This document shows positions 47,965-57,780 of a stretch of 64,000 bases of DNA, in pieces; position 1 is the stretch's first letter; every line of letters starts with the position of its first letter. Location of the stretch: the IMG/VR virus record IMGVR_UViG_3300042691_053605, positions 64,001 to 128,000 of that record; one strand, given 5' to 3'. The DNA comes from a virus. The translations under genes were made by a program, and so were the position numbers. The notes beneath the pieces were generated by a model. It ran no database searches, was not told where the DNA came from, and saw only the letters and a program-made list of their open reading frames with translations.

Positions 47965-48720
47965 TTAAATTCCAACAGAATCTTTTATGTGTTGAGGAAT
48001 TTCAATTATTGGCTGATTATGCGTTGCAAAATACCATTTTTCAATTTCTTCTTTAGATTGTTTTCTATAATGCCAATTATAGTTGTTTTTAACAGTATTG
48101 CTGGACCACTTTAATTTTGAATACCTAATGTGTCTTTCTGTACATATATTAAAATCAAAACGATGTAAATGCAGCAAAAGCAAATCTTTTTCGAGAGGTA
48201 TTTTAGTTTGGCTTTTTATTTCATCCATATTTTCATGCAATCCAATACACCAATTAATAGGTTTGTTTGTTATCAAAGTTTTATTATAGTAGTTGCTTCT
48301 AACCCAAAAATTTCTTTGCGAAAAAATTGGTTTCGAACCATCAAACTCAGGTTCTTTATTAGGCAAATGAATTATTTCATACCCAGTGCATTTAACAAAA
48401 TCTTTATCCAATTTATGAATATAGTTATCTAGGCCTTCTGGATGATAAATTATTTCATCTACGTCAGTTGGAATTACATATTCATACTCTTCCAACAGTT
48501 TTTTATGAAATTCTTTTATTGCCTCAAAAAGTTCTACCGCATCAAGGATATTCCTTTCAGTATGTACAACACGGCAGCCCGTTGGCTTTATTTCAGAATT
48601 AAAGTCTAAAAAATAGATATCTTCCACCGATAAAAACCTGGAATAATAGGCTAACCAGACAGGAGAAAACGTAGTTTCGTCTTTTACGGGACAAAATACT
48701 GCAAATTTTTTCTTTTTCAT
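47965..48720 (-). CDS. Glycosyltransferase, GT-A (family 2-like)
   Basis: VKDE...WLAYY, TDVDE DxD motif, GLH, LLHLH. Confidence 0.75.
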   Translation of the reverse strand: MKKKKFAVFCPVKDETTFSPVWLAYYSRFLSVEDIYFLDFNSEIKPTGCRVVHTERNILDAVELFEAIKEFHKKLLEEYEYVIPTDVDEIIYHPEGLDNYIHKLDKDFVKCTGYEIIHLPNKEPEFDGSKPIFSQRNFWVRSNYYNKTLITNKPINWCIGLHENMDEIKSQTKIPLEKDLLLLHLHRFDFNICTERHIRYSKLKWSSNTVKNNYNWHYRKQSKEEIEKWYFATHNQPIIEIPQHIKDSVGI

Positions 48721-49400
48721 TTTGCTTGTAATTCAAATGTAGTAAGTATTGGAAAATGATCCGAAAGCTCGGAAGGCATAACCTCTTGTTTAATAGGAAC
48801 TGCTCGGCCACGGCCTACACAATAATCGATTCTTCCAAATTCCGTAGTTCGGTCTTCGCCAATATCCATGCATTCGGAAAGAAAAACTTGTGCCTCTGGT
48901 GTATTCGGTAAAACATTCATGTCTCCACCAAGTATAAGATCTTCGGGAAACTTTATGGCATGCAAATTTTCCCAGGATCTGTCAGTGTGTACAATTCCAG
49001 TGTAACCATCATACGGCATATGTACATTTACTACCGAAATTAGTCCATCAATTTCAACAATAATTTCTTGCGCGTAACAGGCCTCTCGATTAAGATCTGA
49101 AAGCAAATAGCTTTTCTTTTCAAAAATTGGAAACCGTGAAAGTATACATATTCCATATTCGCCGGCTCCTCTGAAATTTAGACGTTTTGTCCAATAGGAT
49201 TCCCAGCCTTCACCAAATCCTTTGCGGAATTCTTCTACCTGATCTCCAGCGCCTGAACGATTTGCAAATCGGTCAACCTCTTGTAGCAGAATAATATCGG
49301 GTTCAAACGATACCGCCTCCTCTACAAATGCGGGTATATCTATGTAGCCTTCGTTTGTTAGTCCGTGACGTATGTTCCAAGTGAGTACTTTTATGTTCAT
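48717..49400 (-). CDS. Endonuclease/exonuclease/phosphatase (EEP) family protein
   Basis: TWNI, LQEVD, GGDMN, RIDY, SDHFP. Confidence 0.9.
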   Translation of the reverse strand: MNIKVLTWNIRHGLTNEGYIDIPAFVEEAVSFEPDIILLQEVDRFANRSGAGDQVEEFRKGFGEGWESYWTKRLNFRGAGEYGICILSRFPIFEKKSYLLSDLNREACYAQEIIVEIDGLISVVNVHMPYDGYTGIVHTDRSWENLHAIKFPEDLILGGDMNVLPNTPEAQVFLSECMDIGEDRTTEFGRIDYCVGRGRAVPIKQEVMPSELSDHFPILTTFELQAK

Positions 49401-50206
49401 TCAATATATTTAGATGCAATCCAGGAGAAAGAACATGTATTAGGTTTTTCTCTTAATCTTTGTTCGTTCCATTTTTCAATTTTGTTATGATTAACTGAAG
49501 TGTCATATAAATGTACACTATAAGAAACCGGCAGGATAAGTTCTGGAAGAAACTTATCATACAGTTTCTCAGACTCCGTATAGCGGTACGGATAAAAAGC
49601 TTCCCACTGCAGAGTTTTGAAATGACCTTGTAAACTTTCACGAGCAACAAGTGTGCTGTGCATTTTTACGCTGTGCTCATCCCAGTATTTGTCCTTTCCT
49701 TTACTCCGAAACCAGGTGTATTCTGCGTACCATTCCTCAAGGTATTTTGAATTAGGCGGGCTTACAAGTACACCGTTTCCGTATTTCCAATCGCGCGATC
49801 CCAGTTTACCTACAATAAACTTTTCTTCTGCAATAAGATCATCAAATGACTTAATAGTAATAGTATCAAAATCAGAATACACTCCGCCTTGCTCCATAAG
49901 CAATTTTATTCTGAATACATCAGAGGTGTGTGCGGGATGCACCAACGGGTTTCCAAAAACTTCGGTTGGCGGTTCTACAATATGTAAATTAACAAATGAT
50001 GAAACCTTTTCCCAGTATTCACCGGTAGGCTGCGCGTTTGTATAAAAGTTAATAGAGTAATCCGGATTATGCTGATGAAATGACTTAACTGCCAAGTATC
50101 TCATCAAATCCCATTGCGCTTCCCGTTTACTTTTATCGTTGTAGAAATAAATGTAGTGAGCCTTCTTATACTCCGGGTTAGCCGTTTTTGTTTCAAACAG
50201 AGACAT
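49397..50206 (-). CDS. Glycosyltransferase with DxD sugar-binding region (GT32/OCH1-like)
   Basis: SDVFR...GGVYSDFD motif. Confidence 0.8.
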   Translation of the reverse strand: MSLFETKTANPEYKKAHYIYFYNDKSKREAQWDLMRYLAVKSFHQHNPDYSINFYTNAQPTGEYWEKVSSFVNLHIVEPPTEVFGNPLVHPAHTSDVFRIKLLMEQGGVYSDFDTITIKSFDDLIAEEKFIVGKLGSRDWKYGNGVLVSPPNSKYLEEWYAEYTWFRSKGKDKYWDEHSVKMHSTLVARESLQGHFKTLQWEAFYPYRYTESEKLYDKFLPELILPVSYSVHLYDTSVNHNKIEKWNEQRLREKPNTCSFSWIASKYIE

Positions 50207-51402
50207 TAAAATAGTGATTTAGAGGTTTGATCGGTTTTACTATCTATCCGCTTCGCAAGATTGTCCTGTCTGAAATAATCTGTACCGCTATCCGCAAGTT
50301 CGCCGTTCATCCACTTAAGAACCTGCAGTGTCCAATCTGCTGCTGTATTAACTGGAACATTTTGAGAGATTTGTGAATACCCTTCATGTGATAACTCAAA
50401 GTTTTCATCCATGCCCATCAGCCACATAATCTCTTGAATGTTCATCCAACGATTTTCGGTAGGATGCACTGATTGTTGAAGAGTTCGCCCAACCACCGCA
50501 GGTATATCAACCGCATTAATATGAGGAGTGCTGTCCCATACCCTCTTTTGCATTGCACGTTCAAAAAGTTTTAAGTACTTTTCAGATTTTGCATCTGTAC
50601 GGCCTTTCAGATAATCAATAACACTCTCAGCTCGAGTCTGCTCACGAAATGCGTATATCAGAATTGAACGGTTGCCTTCAAGTGCAGCCTCGTGTGGAGT
50701 TTTCTTTTCCACATCAGTTAACCACTGAAATAGCGGATCTTCTAAAAGATTGTCTTTTAGGAAAAACTTATCGGTGTATTTTCCTTGTGGAACACGACTT
50801 AAATACTCCTCAAGTGTTTCCTTTGGTTTTTCAATCCATTCCAGTATCGGAGCAGTTTCTGACTTCCAAAAGAAGTAAAAAGATCTTACGCGATTCTGCG
50901 GAATACCGTGCATTGCAGTGCTAGTCTTTATTACGCTAAAAGAGTAACCGTGACGTTTTCCAATTTCGTATAGCGTATCTGCCACTTTTTTACCCAGTGC
51001 GGTATACAAGCCCGGAGCGTTTTCTCCCCAGAGTACTCTGGGTTTTACATTTTCCAACACATATTCCGAGGACTTGTACATCCATTCGTTTTGAACTGCA
51101 TCAGCGCCTCGTGCCTTTGCACTGCCTTCTTTATTAGAAGAATTTAAGGCAGATAGCCCAGCACATGGACAGAGGCTTACCACCATATCCACCCCTTCAA
51201 TATTTTCTGTAAAGGTACGGTCCCAGGCTATTCCGTCTTCACCAATAGTTCCATACGGAACTTCAGGAAAGTTTAGTCGGCAATGACTATCATTACTCTG
51301 AAATTGTTCATAAGATAACATAAATTGAGGATCTTGACCTGTGGCCTTTTTTGCTCCTAATACCATTCCGCCAATCAGCGGTACAATTGCTCCGTACTTC
51401 AT
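50206..51402 (-). CDS. Atypical DNA cytosine-C5 methyltransferase-like protein (paralogue 1)
   Basis: CPCAGLS (IV), GENAPGL (VI), GIPQNRVR (VIII); motif I reads IVPLIGG. Confidence 0.75.
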   Translation of the reverse strand: MKYGAIVPLIGGMVLGAKKATGQDPQFMLSYEQFQSNDSHCRLNFPEVPYGTIGEDGIAWDRTFTENIEGVDMVVSLCPCAGLSALNSSNKEGSAKARGADAVQNEWMYKSSEYVLENVKPRVLWGENAPGLYTALGKKVADTLYEIGKRHGYSFSVIKTSTAMHGIPQNRVRSFYFFWKSETAPILEWIEKPKETLEEYLSRVPQGKYTDKFFLKDNLLEDPLFQWLTDVEKKTPHEAALEGNRSILIYAFREQTRAESVIDYLKGRTDAKSEKYLKLFERAMQKRVWDSTPHINAVDIPAVVGRTLQQSVHPTENRWMNIQEIMWLMGMDENFELSHEGYSQISQNVPVNTAADWTLQVLKWMNGELADSGTDYFRQDNLAKRIDSKTDQTSKSLF

Positions 51403-52622
51403 TAAAATAAACAGGTTGAGTTGCAGGGTTCCTCCACTTCTTTAGGAGCTCCTGATAAATTATTTTGTTTGAAAAACTTTTGTCCAGAGGACGGTAGTTC
51501 TCCTTTTATGTATTTGATAACTTCAAGCGTCCAATCGCGTGCTGTTGCGGTAGGAACATTTTGTGCAATATGATTCCACTGGTTTTTGTTCAACAATTGA
51601 AAATCATGCGGTAGACCCATTAAATGCATATACTCGCGGATACTGATAAATCTCTTCTCTTCGGGATGGGAACCGCAAATCATATTTTTGGAAATAACTG
51701 CCTTAAAAGTATCAACACCTAATCTTGGTGAAACATCCCAGAATCCTTTTCCTTCTGCCAGCTTTTTCTTTATATGATGCAGCGAACGTGAATCCACCGA
51801 GTCTGGAAGAACTTTATCCGTGTACGCAATGCATTCATCCAACCAACCTTTTTTAATTAAGAGGTAGTTCATAGTACCCGAGTCTTCTGACATAATTTCT
51901 TTCCAGGTCATACCTTTTTCCTCCTCCATAAACTTGATGATAGGCAGTCCTTCAAGCTTCCAGGTATTAAAAGTTTCTTGCAGAGTTGCATCAGCAGGAA
52001 CCTCTTTTAAGTATTCACCAAGAGTTTTTCTTTCCCGATTGTAGAAATTCATAATCGGCGCGTATTCACTGTCCCAGAAGAAGTAAAATGTTCTTGGTCG
52101 TTCCTGTGGAATTCCATGTTTACTTGTAGTAGTTTTCATCAAACTCATACTGTAACCATGTTTTTGACCAATTTCAAACAGTTTTTCTGCTACGCCTTTT
52201 CCGATTGCTCCAAAAAGCCCAGGTGCGTTTTCTCCAAAGAAAACTCTGGGTTTAAGAGTTCCCAGAACAAATTCAGCAGATCGGTACATCCACTCATTCT
52301 GAGCGGCATCTGAACCTCTAGATTTGCCTCCACCATTCTTGGAATAGTTTAACATAGACAATCCTGCGCATGGGCATGTAGTGCTTACAAAGTCCAAACG
52401 ATCTACCACTTCTTCGGTTTCATCAAGATTAATGTACGGAACATCCGGCCAGTATTCGCGTAAATGGCTTTCATTTTCCTGAAACCCTGTATATGTGTAG
52501 AGAGCCTTTGGCTTATTACCCGTTGCCATGGAATTACCAATAGCGAATCCTCCAATAAGAGGTACAATTGCTGCCCAGCTTAATCCACTATCTTCAGTGC
52601 TTGTTTTACTGTTGTTTTCCAT
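51402..52622 (-). CDS. Atypical DNA cytosine-C5 methyltransferase-like protein (paralogue 2)
   Basis: CPCAGLS, GENAPGL, GIPQERPR, SIREYMHLMGLP. Confidence 0.8.
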   Translation of the reverse strand: MENNSKTSTEDSGLSWAAIVPLIGGFAIGNSMATGNKPKALYTYTGFQENESHLREYWPDVPYINLDETEEVVDRLDFVSTTCPCAGLSMLNYSKNGGGKSRGSDAAQNEWMYRSAEFVLGTLKPRVFFGENAPGLFGAIGKGVAEKLFEIGQKHGYSMSLMKTTTSKHGIPQERPRTFYFFWDSEYAPIMNFYNRERKTLGEYLKEVPADATLQETFNTWKLEGLPIIKFMEEEKGMTWKEIMSEDSGTMNYLLIKKGWLDECIAYTDKVLPDSVDSRSLHHIKKKLAEGKGFWDVSPRLGVDTFKAVISKNMICGSHPEEKRFISIREYMHLMGLPHDFQLLNKNQWNHIAQNVPTATARDWTLEVIKYIKGELPSSGQKFFKQNNLSGAPKEVEEPCNSTCLF

Positions 52623-54070
52623 TCTTCTAAAAAATTGTAATAGTTAAAGTGTTCTTTTAATTCGTGCATTACTTGTGCCTTTTCCTCGGGATGGCTGTCG
52701 TAATATGCAATTCTTTCCAGGATTTCTTCATGATCGTGAACCACAATCTTTTTCTGTAGCCACTCGGGTATTCCCAAAAATTCCGGGTCATACCGATAAT
52801 CAAGAAGAGGAAAAACGTCCAGTGAAAGATAAAGGGCAGGCCTCCAGTTGATGATATCGTAGTGCGCAATATTCTTTGCAACCAAGGAGTATTCGTATTT
52901 GGCAAGTGTTCCATTTAGTTCTTGTGTATCAATATATCCTCGGTAGTTTGGATGCGTAGAAACCGATTCCCAGAGTTCTGAAATAATTGGATCCTCTTCA
53001 ATTCTCTTTTGAAAACGGGAAACACTGCGGTTTTCTTTCTTTCTTTCCGAAATATGTCCGTCTACTTTAGGCGGCACATAGATATCAATTCCATCTCCGC
53101 GAAGATTTCTTAGGTATGTATTCCAAACATCTCTGCGTGTATTTTTACTCAAGAATACTGTTCCGTAAAAGCAAAACTTATGTTTCTTGGTTTTGTCGGT
53201 TTCCCAAGGTTTGTCATAGAGAAAATGTTGCATTTCTGCCACTGGAAAGGCTTCAAAATCTCGGGTTCCACGATAATCACGAGCAAGCGCAAAATTGGTA
53301 TGTGCAGGCGAAATGCTATCAAATAGTCTATAATAGGATCCTGGATCTACAACATAATAATAAGACCTCTTAAAATTTCCATTAGCAACCGCGTTATCAA
53401 TACACCATTTGCCAAGATTAAACGCCAAGTTTTTCATCCAATAGGTAAAAGTAAGAATACCCACATGGTAATCATACTTGGCAGAAATCTTTTTGCAGTT
53501 CTTATGGATAAAGTCAATTATTTCCGGGTCGTTTCCAATGTAGTCATGAAATTCATTACCTTTGTTTACCGCGGAGGAAGTTCGGATCTTTTCTGAAACA
53601 TCTCGTTTTGCCCAGTAATCTTTAAGCGGAAGGAACGCCCAGCGTTCATCCAACCACATAACATATTCAGGTGTGTACTTAGGCATTTCAGCATTGAAAT
53701 GATGTATTACAACATCGCGATTATGTTCCCACGAAAGATTATCATCATCTTCGGAAACTTCAGCCGCGCGCTTAAACTTCTTGGCTTTGATTTCCTCAAA
53801 ATCATTATGGTGTATAGAATATATGTTGCTAAACCCCATGTCAACCAATCGGCTAGGATCATTATCAACTCCTAACCATATAAGATTAAAACGTGGCTCA
53901 AGAACCTCTTTTACCATTTGACGGTACCAACCAATAATATGATCCTGTTCTTTAGAAAACACAAGCCTTGAAAAGATCAAGGCCATGGTTTCTTTGTTAG
54001 GATCCAGCGGCTTAACGTTGTATGAACGTATAAGCTTAAGAGTTTTTTCGGGTGCGTCAAATAATGCCAT
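52580..54070 (-). CDS. T4 beta-glucosyltransferase-like DNA glycosyltransferase
   Basis: C-terminal half aligns by eye with T4 BGT (DFEAFP, TKK...YG, INWR, LLDYRYD, EEILERI, EWK..VK.AL). Confidence 0.55.
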   Translation of the reverse strand: MALFDAPEKTLKLIRSYNVKPLDPNKETMALIFSRLVFSKEQDHIIGWYRQMVKEVLEPRFNLIWLGVDNDPSRLVDMGFSNIYSIHHNDFEEIKAKKFKRAAEVSEDDDNLSWEHNRDVVIHHFNAEMPKYTPEYVMWLDERWAFLPLKDYWAKRDVSEKIRTSSAVNKGNEFHDYIGNDPEIIDFIHKNCKKISAKYDYHVGILTFTYWMKNLAFNLGKWCIDNAVANGNFKRSYYYVVDPGSYYRLFDSISPAHTNFALARDYRGTRDFEAFPVAEMQHFLYDKPWETDKTKKHKFCFYGTVFLSKNTRRDVWNTYLRNLRGDGIDIYVPPKVDGHISERKKENRSVSRFQKRIEEDPIISELWESVSTHPNYRGYIDTQELNGTLAKYEYSLVAKNIAHYDIINWRPALYLSLDVFPLLDYRYDPEFLGIPEWLQKKIVVHDHEEILERIAYYDSHPEEKAQVMHELKEHFNYYNFLEEWKTTVKQALKIVD

Positions 54071-55491
54071 TAGAATAATTTTGTAGAGTTTGTTACTGGC
54101 GCGGGTTTAGGCGCGTTCCATTTTACAAATACCTGCTTTGCTCCATCAAGGTAACTTAATTGTTTTCCCATAACTTCTTGAATTCCAAGAGCCGGAATCT
54201 TTCCTTCTTCCTCAAATTTTGCAATTTCTTCGGCGTATACCGAACCGCAAAGATTTGTTAAGAGTTCGCGCTCGTCAGAGTATTTTCCAGTGTCTTTACC
54301 CATTGAAAAGATATGTTCCAAGGTTTCTGGAATAACACGGTCCGCATTAAACTCCTCGTATGCAACTTCAAAAGAAGTTTGTTGATATCTTTTCATGGTT
54401 GGAATATCATGACTCATTTCCACAATTTGTGCAGCCACGGCTTCCACATCAGTTCCGTCAGAAAGAATACAGAAGTTTGGAATATCCGCATACAAGGTTC
54501 CATCACTGATGCGATTATGTTCTGCCCAGTGACGATCAAAAAGAGGAACTGCGCCAGTACCAATAATTTCAATCTGTGTATATTCCATACGGTCACCGTA
54601 ATTTTGCGCCTGTTTTGGTAAGGAATAGAATGCAGAACCAAACATATGTGTTGCAAAATGGTTTAGTGCAAAATCACGAGTACATGGTTCCCATGCTTTT
54701 ACTGGGCCATCGCCGTAAACGCGGTTTTCGATATTTTTATTGATTTTTGTATAGGTGGTCCATGGATGATCAATAATCTGGAATTTAGCGCCTACCGATG
54801 CCTCAATACCGTGAATTTCCGTAACAAATGTGGGATCAATTTGGTGGGCATGATAACCAACTTCTACCGTACGATCAATGTTTTTAAGAGTAGACCAACG
54901 ACCAACATAGGTTAAACCACGTTTGCGTGTTTCAATTGGATATTTTTCTTTGTACATTAAAAGTTCCTCAAAGTTCATCCACATTTTGAAACGGCACATA
55001 CGTTCATTTGCCTTTTTGGACGGCATCATTGTAATTACCTGTTGAGCCATCCAGGTATCAGTACCAAAGTGATAAACCAGGTCTGCCTCATTTAACATGG
55101 GAACGAGATAAGTAATCTTATCAACATTTGCCTTTGAGATCTCGTGAACAAACATTACCTTCAAGGCTTGCAAAGGTTTGAAAAGATTATGGTAGAACTT
55201 ACGAATTACATTGTGTTCGTACTTATTGTTTGGATAAGAATTGAAGATCACCAAGTCATACTTTTCCAATCGGTTCTTAATTTCATCAATGTTACCTACA
55301 TTAAATGAAACATAATTTAATTTGTGTGATCCTCGACGAGTATAAAACTTCTCATCGTAAGAATAGGTGTCAAGTTGACAGCCTACTTTTTTGGACCAGA
55401 GTTCAAGTTCTGCTCCTACTCGGGTTACTCCACAGCCTTCAATTCCTTGGCCATAGACTACCGCGATCTTTTTGTCTTTCCAGTTAGTCAT
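54070..55491 (-). CDS. agt: T4 alpha-glucosyltransferase-like DNA glycosyltransferase
   Basis: GIEGCGVT, TRRGSH, NSYP, GRWSTLK, EYTQIE...G.VPLF match T4 AGT motifs. Confidence 0.8.
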   Translation of the reverse strand: MTNWKDKKIAVVYGQGIEGCGVTRVGAELELWSKKVGCQLDTYSYDEKFYTRRGSHKLNYVSFNVGNIDEIKNRLEKYDLVIFNSYPNNKYEHNVIRKFYHNLFKPLQALKVMFVHEISKANVDKITYLVPMLNEADLVYHFGTDTWMAQQVITMMPSKKANERMCRFKMWMNFEELLMYKEKYPIETRKRGLTYVGRWSTLKNIDRTVEVGYHAHQIDPTFVTEIHGIEASVGAKFQIIDHPWTTYTKINKNIENRVYGDGPVKAWEPCTRDFALNHFATHMFGSAFYSLPKQAQNYGDRMEYTQIEIIGTGAVPLFDRHWAEHNRISDGTLYADIPNFCILSDGTDVEAVAAQIVEMSHDIPTMKRYQQTSFEVAYEEFNADRVIPETLEHIFSMGKDTGKYSDERELLTNLCGSVYAEEIAKFEEEGKIPALGIQEVMGKQLSYLDGAKQVFVKWNAPKPAPVTNSTKLF

Positions 55492-55492
55492 A

Positions 55493-57082
55493 TTAGTTAT
55501 TTGAGTTATTTATCGTGATTAAATTAATGAGTTGTCTTCCGCGTGCAAACATGGCTTTTTGACGATCCGGATTATCCGCATGAAACGGAATTGCCGTAAT
55601 CAGCAACAATATTGCCAGTCTTTTTAAGAGATCTACATCATAACCGTGGCCTTGTAATTCGCTTTCCAAAAATGTGGAAAGACTTTCTGTTCCAGGAACC
55701 CAGTCAATTGTAACGTCTTCACCGTCCCATGAATATCGATTTGCTACAATCATTGCGTATCCGCAGTAGAAATCCTGTAGCAGTTTTCCCATATCATATC
55801 GTAAATCTCCTTGAGTCCACATTTGGCCAAAGATGCCACGAGGATCTACAAATTTAATGCTTCCACTGTGTGGATCATAAATGATATTTCCAAGATGGCT
55901 ATCACCGTGCATTACCTGAGACCAGGTAGGAGACGCTGAAAGCTCCAATGCAGTATCAAGTAGGAATCGTGTTTGGTTTTTGCGAAGAGGAACATATTTT
56001 GAAATATCATCCAGGCGATTACGTGTTTTGATAAAATAGTGATCAAAACAATATTTAGCTGCTTCATCACGGTTAACTGTTTGAATCGTGGATGAATAAA
56101 AAACATCATGATGCACTTGCAAAATTTTGCGGATAATTTCGTGCCAAATGTCAGTACGCAAATTATCGTAAACCAGGACTTCATTTAATGCAGTTCCAGG
56201 TTCAAGACTCATTTTTAGAGTACCGCCAGGACTTTCCAATATCCGCGGACAAAACAGAGACTGCGCCTCATTTAAGTTTTTGAACCAGTTTTTCTCAGCT
56301 TCAATTTTTTCGGCCTTTCCTAAATCAGAGGAACTCTTGGTTACGGTTCCGTAAAAAGTATCAACATCAATATGATTAAAGGAACGGGCTGTCATACTCA
56401 GTAATTTTGCCTTTGATTCATAATAGGTATTAAGTTCTCCACAGTCATACCAATTATGAACCTCTGATAAATTCATTGGGCCTCTTTTCATATAGGATTC
56501 CAATAGAGCAGCAATTTGATATTCACCTTTATGCGTTGGCTTTTTCATACCCGCGGTTAGAGCTTTATCAAATTTTTCGCGGCTAACAAAATTGTAAACG
56601 CCGATTAGAGCCTTATCAGTTGGAACCTCGTTGTCAGGTTTGTCATATAAAATACCATCTTCATCAACCAAACACCAACGGTGTGGATCCGGAACCGCGT
56701 GAACTGCCAAGAAGTCATAGCTGTAATTAAAATCATCCAGGCAAATGGTATCGCCTAACCACACAGTAATGGCAGTGTCCTCAAATTCCAGAGCAGTATA
56801 ACCAACATTAATTGCGTGAAGCGGACCCAGCTTCTCGGCTTGCACTACGCATTTGATATTTTTGTCGGGATATACTCGGCTCGTAAACTCCGATATGTCC
56901 CCAATCTCGTTTTCCACTATTACTATCTCGGAAACGTTCGTATCTTCTAAGATTTTTTCTACGACGTACGAGATCAAGGGCCTCCCATTCACTGGGATCA
57001 TTGCCTTGCTGACCCCGCGAGACAGAGGTTTCATTCGGGTTGCTAGACCCGCCGCTGGAATAATTACGCTTCTCTTCTTCAT
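55493..57082 (-). CDS. Sugar-phosphate nucleotidyltransferase fused to APH/choline-kinase-like domain
   Basis: IPAAGLATRMKPLS...K, WLGD, WYDCG; C-terminal HGDSHLGN, FVDPRG, GDLRYD. Confidence 0.85.
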   Translation of the reverse strand: MKKRSVIIPAAGLATRMKPLSRGVSKAMIPVNGRPLISYVVEKILEDTNVSEIVIVENEIGDISEFTSRVYPDKNIKCVVQAEKLGPLHAINVGYTALEFEDTAITVWLGDTICLDDFNYSYDFLAVHAVPDPHRWCLVDEDGILYDKPDNEVPTDKALIGVYNFVSREKFDKALTAGMKKPTHKGEYQIAALLESYMKRGPMNLSEVHNWYDCGELNTYYESKAKLLSMTARSFNHIDVDTFYGTVTKSSSDLGKAEKIEAEKNWFKNLNEAQSLFCPRILESPGGTLKMSLEPGTALNEVLVYDNLRTDIWHEIIRKILQVHHDVFYSSTIQTVNRDEAAKYCFDHYFIKTRNRLDDISKYVPLRKNQTRFLLDTALELSASPTWSQVMHGDSHLGNIIYDPHSGSIKFVDPRGIFGQMWTQGDLRYDMGKLLQDFYCGYAMIVANRYSWDGEDVTIDWVPGTESLSTFLESELQGHGYDVDLLKRLAILLLITAIPFHADNPDRQKAMFARGRQLINLITINNSNN

Positions 57083-57483
57083 GGTTTAACAAATCTTCTG
57101 ATTGTGATTGATTCATAATTTTCAATTGGTTGATAGGCAAAATCGGATGGCGAAAGGGCTTTATCGTCTACATAGTAAACATTAGGACCCCAAGGCTTTC
57201 CCATAACAAGCGTGTCATACGGAACCTCATGTTCCTTAAGCCAGTCCTCAAGAACTGGACGAACATTTGCCTCAATTGCTGCAACATCGCCTTTGTAAGT
57301 TTTCATACCACGAGCCGTATGCAAAATAACCGTGTGCCCTTCAGCTTTAAGCTTCTGTAATTGTTTAATCACAGGTTTAATAGGCACGGCGTTTGCATAG
57401 TCAAACGGGCTGGTTTCATCTGGGTATCTGCTAGCTACGCAAATAGTTCCATCGATGTCCATTACAAATGTTGATTTTACCAT
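57079..57483 (-). CDS. HAD phosphatase (capsule-biosynthesis EcbF/BcbF-like)
   Basis: DIDGT, HTARGM, VPYD...GKPW, YVDDK. Confidence 0.85.
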   Translation of the reverse strand: MVKSTFVMDIDGTICVASRYPDETSPFDYANAVPIKPVIKQLQKLKAEGHTVILHTARGMKTYKGDVAAIEANVRPVLEDWLKEHEVPYDTLVMGKPWGPNVYYVDDKALSPSDFAYQPIENYESITIRRFVKP

Positions 57484-57505
57484 AAATTATTGATGTTGTT
57501 ATAGT

Positions 57506-57531
57506 TATATTCTTGGCCTTAAAAAAGTTCT
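57506..57531 (-). promoter_or_regulatory. ECF-like promoter AGAAC-N14-GAATATA
   Basis: Heads the modification operon. Confidence 0.65.
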
Positions 57532-57614
57532 TTCAGAATTGCAATAAAGTTATCAAATCTGAATTCATCTGGTGTAATCTGGGATCTTTCTTTATTTGTG
57601 TAAAGGTAAACCAT
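57519..57614 (-). CDS. Possible 31-aa small protein
   Basis: MVYLYTNKERSQITPDEFRFDNFIAILKELF; not in ORF track. Confidence 0.3.
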   Translation of the reverse strand: MVYLYTNKERSQITPDEFRFDNFIAILKELF

Positions 57615-57624
57615 TTAACACTAC

Positions 57625-57647
57625 AAAAGAGTCATTAGAATGACTCT
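57625..57647 (-). terminator. Weak hairpin/terminator
   Basis: AGAGTCATT/AATGACTCT inverted repeat with short T-run. Confidence 0.45.
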
Positions 57648-57669
57648 CTTAAACCGCTTTTGGAAACCT

Positions 57670-57780
57670 TTATTGCGGAACTTCTACCTTGTCGTAGGCA
57701 GCGCATTTTGGATGCTTAGAAACACAGCTTGACGCAAATATTGCAGCAAGGATGATGAGTACGGTGATTTTAGTTTTCAT
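57670..57780 (-). CDS. Small lipoprotein (36 aa), not in ORF track
   Basis: MKTKITVLIILAAIFASSC lipobox then VSKHPKCAAY. Confidence 0.6.
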   Translation of the reverse strand: MKTKITVLIILAAIFASSCVSKHPKCAAYDKVEVPQ

